From: Octopus bimaculoides
Taxonomy: Eukaryota
Assembly (NCBI RefSeq): GCF_001194135.2
Contig: NC_068986.1
Span: 11,573,292-11,635,685, forward strand
Length of the DNA stretch: 62,394 bases
Direction of reading: 5' to 3'
Of this stretch, positions 37,785-49,857 are shown piece after piece. The position numbers were made by a program, and so were the translations under genes. Under the pieces are notes generated by a model that saw only the letters and a program-made list of their open reading frames with translations, had not been told where the DNA came from and made no database searches. Position 1 is the stretch's first letter. The number at the start of each line of letters is the position of its first letter.

Positions 37785-38723
37785 TCAAGCATCAGTAATT
37801 TCGGTAAGCTTCACTTCTTCATAACTCGATGAACTGTTGCTATGTTCCGAAGCAGTGTCACTTTCTATTTCAACAAGCTGTGGTGGTTGCTGCTGCTGCG
37901 CTTCTGTTGGTTGCAGCTGCTGTGGCCGTTCGGGTTGCTCAGATGATATAGAACTTTCATTTACGGCAGCGGCAGTGAAACCTGTGTTGGCAGAAGCGGC
38001 GAGGTTGTGAGCGTGGTGAGGAGTACTCGTCTCCTCGGAACCAAGTCCAGAGTCTTGAAGTGTCGATAACAATGACTCACTGAATCCAGACTCTTCGAGA
38101 CGTGAACTAATGCTCTCCTGCATAGTGGCCTCTATGACCACAGGGGCAGCGTTCTCTATTTCTGGGGAGGAGTTGTCCGTAACTCCAGCTAATGATGCAA
38201 TTTGTGAAGGAAGATCAAAAGGGGAATGAGTTGTTTCTTGAATACTGGATGGTGGGCCTACATGTTCATCTTCCTCTTCTTGTGTTTTAAAGTTTTCAAG
38301 ATTCTCCCATTCTTGGTCGTCGTCAACTGAACCAGGTGAAAGTTGCTGTTTGGAAAAAAAGGGTGTTATGTCCTCGGCTGGAGTTAGGGATTTTTCTCTG
38401 CTCTCGGATTTCGAAGACTCAGTTATTTCTCTTGCAGGTTCCTCGTTAAACTCTGCAGTTGCTGTGGTATTTGTCGAACCATCACTGGCGACATTAGACA
38501 AAGTCGACACGCTCCGATGAGAGAGTTCACTTGTTGAATCATTGGAATGACTTTTGGAAGTTTCAGTGGCAGAGATGCTTTCTTCACCATCTGAACCCTG
38601 CTCGTCAGAAGTCGACTGAGCTTCTGCAACGTAGAACTCATTCTGTTTGGCTAAAGGAGCAATGAAGTGAATGTTGCAGTCATCATAAACTTCTAGGATT
38701 GGATGAGCACACAGACGCCTTTC
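37785..38723 (-). CDS. Terminal coding exon of the unidentified minus-strand gene; long Ser/Glu/Thr-rich acidic, probably disordered tail
   Basis: 312 open codons plus TGA in GC/CpG-rich unique sequence; acceptor TTTTGTTTCATTGCAG|GAA at 38724. Confidence 0.85.
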   Translation of the reverse strand, partial: ERRLCAHPILEVYDDCNIHFIAPLAKQNEFYVAEAQSTSDEQGSDGEESISATETSKSHSNDSTSELSHRSVSTLSNVASDGSTNTTATAEFNEEPAREITESSKSESREKSLTPAEDITPFFSKQQLSPGSVDDDQEWENLENFKTQEEEDEHVGPPSSIQETTHSPFDLPSQIASLAGVTDNSSPEIENAAPVVIEATMQESISSRLEESGFSESLLSTLQDSGLGSEETSTPHHAHNLAASANTGFTAAAVNESSISSEQPERPQQLQPTEAQQQQPPQLVEIESDTASEHSNSSSSYEEVKLTEITDA

Positions 38724-40010
38724 CTGCAATGAAACAAAATAGGAAAATTAATTTCATTATAAGTATTATTATATATCATCAACATCACCATTTAATATGC
38801 TTAATGCATGCTGGCATGAATTGGATGGTATATATATTTGGTACTGATGCCATATAATAAGCACCCAGTTCACTCTGTAAAGTGGTTGGCATTAAGAAGG
38901 GCATCCAGCTGTAGCAACCATGTCAAAGAAGAATCCTCACCTGGTGCAGCTCCAGGCCTTGCCAGCTTCTATCAAACCATCCAACCCATGCCAGCATGGA
39001 AAACAGATGTTAAATGACGATCTCTCTCACACACACACACAGAGCATCATCATTCTTTTCATCATTATCCTCACCCTTTTCATATCCACTTTTCTGCTCT
39101 TGCATGGATTCCTATGTAAGGTCAGATTTCTCCATGGCCAGACAGGATCTCAAGGAAGACTAGAAACAAAAGACACTGCTTGTATGACAGTGTTGCTTGT
39201 TTACAACAATCACTTGATGTCAAGACAAGGCAACAGTAACACACACACACACACACGTATGTATGTATCATCATCATCGTTTTAACATCCACTTTCCCTT
39301 GCATGCATGGGTCAGGCAGGAATTGCTGCCTCTAACCCTTCTTTCCGAGCAAGATATTTCCCCATGGCCAGACATGCTTTTTAACGGAAGATTGAAAACG
39401 AAGGACACTTCTTGTATGAGGCTGACATGATGTTCCTTTTACACACACAAAAACATATACAATTGGCTTCTTTCAGTTTCCTTCTACCAAATCCCCTCAC
39501 AAGGCTTTCATAAACTTTCAAGGGAGGGGTGGGCTATTATAGAAGTCATTTATTCAAGGTGCCATGCAGTGGGACTGAACCTCAAGCCACATGGTTGGAA
39601 ATCAAACTTCACAGCCATACCTGTGCATCTATATCTTTTAGTTTACTGTTGTGTTAATACTCATCATTCATCATCCGTTTTCCATGCTGGCATGGGTTGG
39701 ACAGTTTGACAGGAGCTGGTAAAGCCAGGATCCACATTAGGCTCCACACACTGCATTGGAATGGTTTCTACAGCTGGATGTCCTTCCTAACACCAACCAC
39801 TTTACAGAGTCGATTTGGTGCATTTTATGTGGCACCAGCACATAATACAGTGTGTATTATAATGGTATATAGCTTTAGCTTTAATACTGGAGAATCATAT
39901 GGCACAGTGCCATGTTATACGTTTGGACGAATTAGTGAAATTTTGGATAAACAATTTCTTTAAAAAAATTTTTTTTAGCTGATTTGCTGAAAGTGAGTAC
40001 AATAAAGTAC

Positions 40011-40162
40011 TAGCAAGACAAAAACGAAATGATGAGGTAACTTACGAGCAAAGATGTTACATGGTCAGTGACCGTTAGAACGTTTGTTTACATTGAGATA
40101 TAAAGGGATCATGTAACATCTTTGCTCGTAAGTTACCTCATCATTTCGTTTTTGTCTTGCTA
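40011..40162. repeat. Perfect 53-bp inverted repeat with 46-bp spacer
   Basis: 40011-40063 is the exact reverse complement of 40110-40162; starts and ends with TA. Confidence 0.95.
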
Positions 40163-40179
40163 TTATATGTTTTATTATG

Positions 40180-40270
40180 AACTCCCTGAAGAGAAATATA
40201 TGAGGAATCCCAGCAGCTCTTACTTCTTTGTGAAGGAGCTCTCATTTATTTTGAAACATGTGTAGGAATT
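40180..40270 (+). ncRNA. Type-I hammerhead ribozyme candidate, predicted cleavage after GUA at 40264
   Basis: AACTCC-CTGAAGA-[GAAATATATGAG...CTCATTTATTTT, 11/12 bp]-GAAA-CATGTG-TA-GGAATT. Confidence 0.65.
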
Positions 40271-40470
40271 AAAGGAACTTTTATTTATATGCATTTTGCT
40301 CCATTTATTATTATTCATATCTTCTCAAAATGTATCACTTTAACTTGGTATCTCTACCTGTAAAACGGCTGTGATATCTTGTTTTTTAGTGTAATTTTGC
40401 TACCTCTGGTAACTATTAACATAATCAAAGGTTTTTTTAATAACTGAGATAATATTAATATATACATAAA

Positions 40471-40507
<37 letters not shown>

Positions 40508-41382
40508 GACAGGCTTCTTTCAGTTTCCGTCTACCAAATCCACTCACAAGGCTTTGGTCGGCTCAAGGCTATAGTAGAAGACACTTGTCCAAGGTGCGAT
40601 GCAGTAGGACTGAACCTGGAACCATGTGGTTGGTAAGCAAGCTTCTGACCACACAGCCATGCCTGTGCTTATGATTAAATCTAATGTTGAGGATAAACAT
40701 ACATATATTTATATATAAAAGGATACATGCATGTATATACATATATACACATGTTTACACATTATCATTTAACACCCATTCTCCAGGCTGGCCTGGGTTG
40801 GACGTTTGAAAGGAGCTGTTGAGGCACAGGGCCACACTGAGTTCCAATGCCTGTCTTGGCATGGTTTCTATGGTTGGGTGCCCAACGCCAACCACTTTGC
40901 AGGGTGTATTGGGTGCTTTTTACGTGACACCAGCAATAGTGAAGTTACCAAGTAACCCACAATACAAGATCCCTCAACTGAGAAGTGGGGGAGAAGTGTT
41001 GGCGGAGGTGGCTTTATGCCAGATGACGAATGGTTAAGGACAGGTGAGTTGCTGTAAGGGAGATAGCTGGCCACCTCAGCTGGAAGAGGTTGATAGGGAA
41101 GATGGATTCAGGGTGGCATACCCTCAAGTTACAGGAAGGTGAGAGAAGTAGAGTGGGTGGGTAAGAAGTGAGTAGCAGATGTATATATAGAGAGAGGCAA
41201 TGGGGGGGGGGCAAAGTCAATCGGGAATATCTGAATAGGCATTGTTACTGAGAAGATTAAGGATTTGGAATCTAAGCAGGGGACGTACAGAATTGTTGAT
41301 GATAAATAATTACAGGGGACTTCACTTGACTGTAATAAAGATGTTTCGAAGATTTATAATTTTCCAATCTTTTTGGTGATGT

Positions 41383-41424
<42 letters not shown>

Positions 41425-41589
41425 ATGTACTGATCTGTGATAGAAAATTCAACAAAAAAGTACTCCATCTCAGTTTTTTTGTGTTCCTTCTATTTATTCA
41501 ATTTCTTTTAGTTTCTTTTTTTTTTTCATGATTTGCACCTGAAGAATATGAAACTATTAGTGGCACTTGCATACATGTATTGCGACCTT

Positions 41590-41816
41590 TAAATAAATAA
41601 TATATATGTGTGTGTGTGTGTGTGTGTATGTATATGTATGGTGTCTTGTATGCATGTGTGTGTGTGTATATATACATGTATGTTTATATATGCATGTATG
41701 TGTATAAATATATGTATGTGTGTATGAATATGTGTGTATATATATGTATGTATGTGTACATATACGTGTGTGAATATGTATGTATGTATGTGTATATATA
41801 CGTATGTATGTGTGTG

Positions 41817-41868
<52 letters not shown>

Positions 41869-41897
41869 ATACACACACATACTCATAAACATACATA

Positions 41898-41941
<44 letters not shown>

Positions 41942-41945
41942 TATA
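41590..41945. repeat. Compound (TG)/(TA)/(TATG) microsatellite
   Basis: Direct reading. Confidence 0.95.
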
Positions 41946-41962
41946 TAAATTCTTTATAAAAC

Positions 41963-42009
41963 CTCAGCAGCTATTCCCACCCAGACTGATTGTTTTGGCA
42001 CTTCCACAA
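41963..42009 (-). CDS. Candidate internal exon (VEVPKQSVWVGIAAE) of the minus-strand gene
   Basis: Good acceptor CTATTCTTCCAG; phase 1-0; weak donor GTTTTA. Confidence 0.3.
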
Positions 42010-42292
42010 CTGGAAGAATAGAAAGGTAACAGAAATGTTTGAAGGAACCAGAAGAAGCTTAGAACATGTCTGCTGCTAGTTTACAACCAAATGAATTTCC
42101 TTATTTTTAGAACAACCTCTGCGTATCTGTGTCATGAAAAAAAAATAAAAAGAAAAAAAAAAGACAAATATTTCAATCCAATTCTTTTAAGGAATTTTCC
42201 CTCCAGTTACAAAGTAAAATTTTACAGTTTTAACCCTTCTGAATAGCAAGCCACTAAAGACATGGTTCTATTATTCATTTTCCTTCCTGTTT

Positions 42293-43230
42293 TAACTATT
42301 AAGCATTTAAACTGGCCATATTCAGCCTAAATATTTTACATGTTTTATGCTCAAACCAACCAGATCCTGCCACTCACACCTACCCTACAATGTAACTGCT
42401 TTCAATAAATCGTGTATTTTCTCGTACCTTGGAGATTTCAATGATGCTTATTTTTAGAATATGAATAAATAAGCATTCCATTTGACAGAGTAATCCAAAC
42501 ACGAAAGTGTTAAAGTGGTCGAAATTAAAACCTGTCATTGCAATTTCATAATCACATACACCAGCTTATTCGTTTAGCATTTAATCTGACCACATCCGGC
42601 CGAAATATTCTATCTGTTTTGAGTTCAAACTGACCTGATCAAACCTCTTACACCTATCCTACAATGCTGTTCTTAAAATATACAATCGCATTACGCTTGA
42701 GAAGACCTGCTCAGTCAAGTGAAGTCATTGTCGTGGCCGATGCCAGTGCCACCTGCCTGGCACCTGTGCCAGTAACACATAAAAAGCACCATTTGAATGT
42801 GGCTGATGCCAGTTACAGTGGCATGTAAAAAGTGCCATTTGAGTGTGGTCAATGCAAGTGCTGCCTGACTGGCACCCGTACTGGTGGCACGCAAGAAAAC
42901 ACCATTCGAGTGTGGGTGATGCCAGTGAGTGTTGGTGGCACGTAAAAAGCACCCTCTACACTCATGGAGTGGCTGGCATTAGGAAGGGCAACCAGCTGTA
43001 GAAATCTTGCCAGAACAGATTGGAGCCTGGTGCCCCCCACCCACTACCAGCTTACCAGTTTTCAGTCAAGCCGTCCAACCCATGCCGGCATGGAAAGTGG
43101 ATATTAAATGATGATGAGGATGATGACATCTTAGAAATCTTGAAGCTACGAGATAATGTATGATTAATTGAAAACAACGTGAATAAATAAGCATTACATT
43201 TGACAGAGTAATGTGAATGTTAAAAGGGTC
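42293..43230 (+). mobile_element. Two tandem piggyBac-like MITE copies; the second is interrupted by a family C element at 42694-43124
   Basis: TTAA-like ends; shared internal GAATAAATAAGCATT.CATTTGACAGAGTAAT; related minus copy ending GGGGTTAA at ~35533. Confidence 0.55.
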
Positions 43231-43702
43231 AATGCAGACAAAATTATTTCAGTAAATTCATTCCTTTCATAATTAAAAATAAAATATTGGTGTAGCCATG
43301 TGTCTCCTCTATAGCAAGATACCGGTTCCTGTTCCATCATACTTTCGCCTCATTATACTTGGCATAAAGCCACCCACCTCAATACTACTGTCCACCTGGG
43401 GTATTGGATCTCGTCTTGTGAGTTACTTGGTGACTTCATTGGTGTGGGAGCCATGAAAAATGCACCATGTACCCTCTGTAAATTGGTTGGCATCTGGAAG
43501 GTCTCTAACAATAGATACAATGCCAAAGCAGATACTAGAGCTTTGATGCAGTCCTTTGCATTGTCGAGTCCATACAAGCATGAAAGACAGACATTAAATG
43601 ATGAGGAAGAGGAAAAACAATGAATTTCAACAGGAACATAGCAACAAAAGAGTTAAAATCTAGTGAAATAATATTGAATATGCCATCAGTCTTTTTATAA
43701 AC

Positions 43703-43944
43703 CTTATGTTACATTATTTACATTTGACGGATATTTGTCCTCATCTTGTTTGTTGTTAACACAACGTTTCGGCTGATATACCCTCCAGCCTTCATCAGGT
43801 GTCTTGGGGAAATTTCGAATCTGGGTTCTCATTCCTAAGGTATTTTTCAATGTTGTTATTATTATTATTCAGGTCACTGCCTGGAATTGAACTCAGCATC
43901 TTGGGGTTAGTAGCCCACGCTCTTAACCACTACGCCATATGCCC
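43703..43944 (-). mobile_element. tRNA-headed SINE with a hammerhead-containing (Penelope-like) tail
   Basis: Head GGGCATATGGCGTAGTGGTTAAGAGCG...GAGTTCAATTCC (A and B boxes), (AAT)n linker, then HHR. Confidence 0.75.
43758..43803 (-). ncRNA. Minimal type-I hammerhead ribozyme, predicted cleavage after GUU at 43763
   Basis: GACAC-CTGATGA-A-GGCTG(gagggtatat)CAGCC-GAAA-CG-TT-GTGTT; palindromic ACGT helix III; extra A after A9. Confidence 0.7.
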
Positions 43945-44214
43945 ATCTCATCATGTTACCTGTCTTATCATGTTAGTCATCATTATCATTTAACGTCCAC
44001 TTTTCCGTGCTTGCATGGGTCAGACAGAATTTGTTGAAGCAGATTTTCTATGGCTGGATTCCCTTCCTGTCACTAACCCTCACCTGTTTCCAAGTAAAGT
44101 AATATTTCTCCATGGGCAATTCCCCACCACCACCACCACTCCCCAACACTGAATTAGTTCATATTTAAGTTAAGAGATCTCATGTAACTACCAAGTCATC
44201 TTTTGCTATTACTT

Positions 44215-44400
44215 TGGGCGAAATGCTTAGTGGTATTTCGCCTGCCATTACGCTCTGAGTTCAAATTCCACCGAGGTTGACTTTGCCCTTCATCCTTTCG
44301 GGGTCGATTAAATAAGTACCAGTTATGCACTGGAGTCAATGTAATCGACTTAATCCTTTTGTCTGTCCTTGTTTGTTTAGCCCCTTGTGGGCAATAAAGA
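44215..44400 (+). mobile_element. SINE family D, sense orientation
   Basis: Reverse complement of 28850-29040; another plus copy at 36105-36270. Confidence 0.85.
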
Positions 44401-46731
44401 AATAATTATTTTATTCACATTTACCAGAGGCACAAAGGGGTGGGGAAAAGAGAGGGATGCTCAATAAAATAAGTTCTACTGGATACTTCACTGAAGTTTA
44501 TGGAGAAACTATTATCCTTGTTACTGATGATAATAATGATGATGATGATGATGATACTATAATTGAAGTCAATGGTTCCCTCTCACTNNNNNNNNNNNNN
44601 NNNNNNNNNNNNNNNNNNNNNNNNNNNNNNNNNNNNNNNNNNNNNNNNNNNNNNNNNNNNNNNNNNNNNNNNNNNNNNNNNNNNNNNNNNNNNNNNNNNN
44701 NNNNNNNNNNNNNNNNNNNNNNNNNNNNNNNNNNNNNNNNNNNNNNNNNNNNNNNNNNNNNNNNNNNNNNNNNNNNNNNNNNNNNNNNNNNNNNNNNNNN
44801 NNNNNNNNNNNNNNNNNNNNNNNNNNNNNNNNNNNNNNNNNNNNNNNNNNNNNNNNNNNNNNNNNNNNNNNNNNNNNNNNNNNNNNNNNNNNNNNNNNNN
44901 NNNNNNNNNNNNNNNNNNNNNNNNNNNNNNNNNNNNNNNNNNNNNNNNNNNNNNNNNNNNNNNNNNNNNNNNNNNNNNNNNNNNNNNNNNNNNNNNNNNN
45001 NNNNNNNNNNNNNNNNNNNNNNNNNNNNNNTCTTTATTTATTTATTCCATCTTTTTAGCTTTTACTTGTTTCAGTCATTAGACTATGGCCATGCTGGGGC
45101 ACCAAACAAATTGATCCCAGTACTTATTATTTTTAAAGCCTGATACTTATTCTGTCAGTCTGTTTTGCTGAACCACTAAGTTACACACCAACACCAAGTA
45201 TCAAGCAGTGGTGGGAGACACACACACACACACAACAGGCTTCCTTCAATTTCGGGCTACTAAATCCACCTAGAAGGCTTTGGTTAGCCTGGGGCTATAG
45301 TAGAAGACATTTGCCCAAGGTGCCATGCAGTGGGACTGAACCCAGAACCATGTGGTAGGGAAGTAAGCTTCTTACCACACAGCCATGCCAGCATCTTCAT
45401 ATTCTGGCAACAAGGGTTGGATAGGTTTACAATTTCAGATATTTGTAATTATTAATGTAAAAAACTGATTTCTAACATTGGCACAAAGCCTATTTATAGA
45501 GAATGTTGACAGTTAATTGGATAGATTCCAATATATTACTGGTATTTATTTTTATCAACCAAGGAAGGATAAAAAACATTCCACTCCGTCACATTAGGAT
45601 TTTCAAAGTCATCTTTTATGTTATCATCAGCTTTATTCTCAAGAGACATTCTTGGTATTGGTTCAAAGAGTTTGCCATACTGTCCCCACCACCTTCTGGT
45701 GTTACCTTCTCTGTGAGGCCACATTACCAGACCTGTCTGGACTCATTCTTCCAGGGTCTTCTTTGCCCTACCTCTGCTAGACACATTGCTGATTCTATAT
45801 AAGCATGTAGTAGGTCTCCAGACTACGACAGAAACAGATGGAAGGTGTGTGTGTACATTCACACACCCACCCACTCATAGGGTAGCCATGTATCTTCTCT
45901 CCAGCCAGACCCCTGTTCTTGTCTCTCTATCATACTTCTCAACATCAGGGCACAAAGCCATCTCCCTCAGCAGAAGAGTCTTGTCTTGCAAGTTACTTGG
46001 TGACCTCACAGGTTTTGGTGCCACAACAAAGCACTCAATACTCTCTGTAAAGTGGTTGGTATCAGGGAAGGGCACCTAGCCATAGAAACCATGCTAAAAC
46101 AGACACCTAGAGTTCAAAACAGTCTTCTCGTTCATCGGATCTTGTTGAAACATCCAACCCCTGCCCGCATGAAAGACAGATGATGATGATGATGATGAAA
46201 CATATATTTTCAAAGAAGGCTTGAGGAAAATAAGGGGCCTACAAATTCAAAAGAAGTCAAGTGGCAGAAAGCTCAAAGGATTGATTATCATAAATTAGAG
46301 GAGAACAAAACAATGGTAGCAAGTTGCAGAGAGGAGCAGTCAGAGGAAAGAAGCTATTTGAATAAAAAAGACTTATGACTAACAGGAAGCTCAACAGAGA
46401 AATGATATGCCTGGGAAGATAAGCAGGTAACATGTTTAAAAGTCTTGACAGAAGACAGTAGACCGGAAAGTTCATCAGAGCAAAGACGACAAAAATATAT
46501 TTCAATGAGCAGCCAAAGAGTCCAATCTAGGTGACCTAGCTATCTATCTATCTCATTGTTTAACATCCACCTTCCATGCTAGCATGGGTGGGAGAGATAT
46601 ATATATATATATATGGTGATACAAACAGGAAAATACAACCCAAAACATGAGTATGTATATATATATTATTAATATTTAGCAGAAGCAAGAGAGTGACTCA
46701 AGGACCAAGAGTTTCATGTGTTAGCACTTAC

Positions 46732-46813
46732 ATAACTCGTTACTGATTGTAGATATGTAACTAATTTTGTAAGTAGTTGAGTAAGTGTTAATGCATGAAA
46801 CTGTTGGCTTTTG
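46732..46813 (-). CDS. Candidate internal exon (KSQQFHALTLTQLLTKLVTYLQSVTSY) of the minus-strand gene
   Basis: Phase 2-0 links the 49653 donor directly to the 38723 acceptor; consensus donor GTAAGT; AT-rich acceptor. Confidence 0.4.
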
Positions 46814-47739
46814 CTAAATATTATTAATATATATATATATATATATATATCATCATCATCATCATCATTGTTTAATGTCCATGCTGGTATGGGTTGGACG
46901 ATTTGGCAGGAGCTGGCCAGACTCCAATTGTCCGTTTTGGCCTGGTTTCTACAGCTAGATGTCCTTCCTAATGCCAATCATTTTACAGAGTGTACTGGGT
47001 GCTTTTTATGTGCCACCGGCATGGGTGTGTTTCCATAGCACCAGCATGAGTGCATTTTATGTGGTACTGGCACTTCAAGTCAAAGACCTCTCAGCTGGGA
47101 GGGGTGGGCATGGCAGTAAAGGACATATAAAACTATGAATACTTTTCAAACGGAAAATAACATGCAAGAGCTGGTTCTTAGCTCTGGCTGCTGGATAGTT
47201 TTAAGCGAATGAAAGATGTTTTATCCTTGGGTATGACATAACCCTGTTCTATCACTGGTATCCAAACAGCTAAGTGAACTGAGATCACACAGAATTAAGA
47301 TTACTATCCAATTATACAATGAAATGCCTGCTAAGGAATTGGTCAGCTGTAACCTGCATAAGGAATACAAAGTAAAAAAAGGAAATAGCTTCTAAGCACT
47401 GACGGACATTTACTAGATGCTGATCTGTCCTGATTAACATTCCCAGAGGATCTGATAGCTTACCTGTACTTCGCCCCCCTTTAGTCATCAACAAAATGCA
47501 ATTAAAACTATCAAACTCACAAATGCTAGGCCTCACAGTCTTTGATATCTCATTCCTGGCAACTGTACAGGCACGTAAAAGCACCCACAACACTCTCATA
47601 GTGGTTGGCGTTAGGAAGGGTATCCAGCTGCAGAAACTCTGCCAGATCAGATTGGAGCCTGGTGCAGCCTTCTGGCTTGCCGGTCCTCAGTCAAATCGTC
47701 CAACCCATGCTAGCATGGAAGGCGGACGTTAAACGATGA

Positions 47740-47780
<41 letters not shown>

Positions 47781-49045
47781 GTGCCACGTAAAAAGCACCC
47801 ATGCTGGCGGCACATAAAAAGCACCTGTGCTGGTGCCATAATAAAAGCACCCAGCATGCTCTGTAAAGTGGTTGGCATTAGAAAGGGTATTTCAACCATA
47901 GAAACCTTGCCAAAACAGATAATTGGAGCCAGCTCCTGTCAAACCATCCAAACCCTGACAATACGGAAAATGTACGTTAAATGGTGATGATGATGGGACA
48001 TAATTTAATGCAAATAACTTTGCTAAAACTGCAATCTTAAAGCTAGGCTTTCTCTTCAGGGTCAGAAAAATATTTCGAAACCTGAAATATGATATCATAG
48101 AATCACACACACATGGTAGCTATGTATTTCCTCTACTATAAGACACCAGTTGCTATCCCTCTGTAATAGTTTAACATCCCCTCATCTGGCACAAAGCCAC
48201 CTCCCTCAATAACTCTCCCCCTTTTACCTGAAGGATGTTTGTCTTGCAAATTACTTGGTGACCCCAACTGGTGCTGGTGCCACATAGAAAGCACTCAGTG
48301 CACTCTGTAAAGTTGCTTGTGTCAGGAAGGGCACACAGCCATAGAAACTATGTCAAAGCAGAGAGTGGAACTCAATGCAGTCCTCTGGCTCATCGGATCC
48401 TTTTCGGGTTTTGATTCTCTCAACAAAAGCATGAATATCACACACTCTCATCCCACTTCTTTCTTAAGCAAAAAATCAATTCTTTTAAATGTGATTGGAT
48501 CTGGAGGTTCCATCTGTTTGAGCAACAGATTTACAGATAGACATGGCTGTGTGGTTAAGAAGGTCACTTTCTAACCATGTGCTTTGGGTTCAGTCCCACG
48601 GTGTGGCACCTTGAACAAGTGCTTTCTATTACAACCCAAGGCTGACCAAAGCCTTGTGAATGGATTTGGAAGAAGGAAACAGAAAAAAGCCAATCATTCC
48701 TATGCATGTATGTGGGTGAGTGTTTGTGTCTGTCTTAACACTGTCTGCTAATTGTTGCTAACTAGCTTCACCATCATACAAGTAACATCATTTGTTTGCA
48801 ATCTTCCATGAAGACATGTCTGGCCACTGTGTTGTCCATGGTTAAAAGAAAAGAAAAAATGGTGGAAAATATTACCTTGCATGGAAAGAGGTGAGAGTTG
48901 GCAACAGAAAGAGCACCCAGCATTAGAAAATCCTGTCTCGACAAATTCTATCTGATCCATGCAAACATGGAAAAGTTGATGTAAGATGTTGACAATTCTA
49001 CAGAAATCTGTAGTTTTAATGTAATTATCAGGTGGGCACAGTATG

Positions 49046-49096
<51 letters not shown>

Positions 49097-49232
49097 AAGA
49101 CTGGTGAAGGTGAGGAGAGGGGGGATTACAAGTACAGACCAACCGATGGACTGAACTTGCAATCTGGTATACACAATTAAAGTGGCAACTTGCAAAATTA
49201 GTGAATGTTTTATTTGTTTTTCCCTAAATCAG

Positions 49233-49271
49233 ATGCAACAAATTCTTGTCCAGGCATGAGGCCAGCTGTAG
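49233..49271 (+). CDS. Candidate 39-nt microexon A (CNKFLSRHEASC)
   Basis: Strong acceptor TTTTTCCCTAAATCAG; donor TAG|GTAAAC; paralogous to 49577-49615. Confidence 0.5.
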
Positions 49272-49576
49272 GTAAACACCATTTAAAAGGCTCAAAAGGG
49301 CTGAAATGCATCTGGTGTTCTTGCTGGCTGCTACTGAGACAAACAAATTTTCATTTCCCGCTTATATTAATTTGCATTTTTTTAACACTGCACATCCATA
49401 AGAGATGTTATCTCAGAACAAGTACAAGCAGTGACTGACCTATCTACAGTGTATATACATTAAGTATAATGCACAGATGGTTATTTTAATTAAATACTGC
49501 TTCAATTGCATGAACCAGATTTTTAATCAGCAAGGCAGGTATTCACAACATCAGTAGATGCTTATTACTTTAAGAG

Positions 49577-49615
49577 AAACAACAAATTCTTGTCTGAACA
49601 TGTGGCTGACTGCAA
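49577..49615 (+). CDS. Candidate 39-nt microexon B (NNKFLSEHVADC)
   Basis: AG at 49575-76 (alternative AG at 49573-74); donor AA|GTATGA; 27/39 nt identical to microexon A. Confidence 0.45.
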
Positions 49616-49652
49616 GTATGATACATGATGGCTACTGTACTTGTTCGCCTAC

Positions 49653-49788
49653 CTAATTTTATCGACAAAGTCTAAGTTGACCAGGGGATATAGCTGACAC
49701 TTGCTTGGGCGACATGCAGCAAAATTGAGCCAAGAACCCTTCTGACTGGAAAGTGAACTTCTTAAACTACATAACCAATGCTCCCAAT
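49653..49788 (-). CDS. Internal exon (DWEHWLCSLRSSLSSQKGSWLNFAACRPSKCQLYPLVNLDFVDKI)
   Basis: Long pyrimidine tract ending TTTTAACAG; open frame phase 1-2; donor AG|GTAGGC. Confidence 0.7.
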
Positions 49789-49857
49789 CTGTTAAAAGAC
49801 AGACTGGAAGAAGAAAAAAAAAAACAAAAACAAGAAAACAAGAAAAGAGAAACCTAC

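Noticed and set aside
41557-42021. Overlapping ORFs rich in YI/HT/CV repeats
   Set aside because: Translations of TA/CA/TG microsatellites
43869-43944. Possible tRNA gene (ACT anticodon-like loop); likewise the heads at 13448, 16357 and 23404
   Set aside because: Acceptor and T stems pair poorly and each continues into a repeat body; these are SINE heads
45536-45790. 62-aa minus ORF MWPHREG...
   Set aside because: Begins inside a decayed RTE 3' end (GRPRKTW-like region); no splice signals
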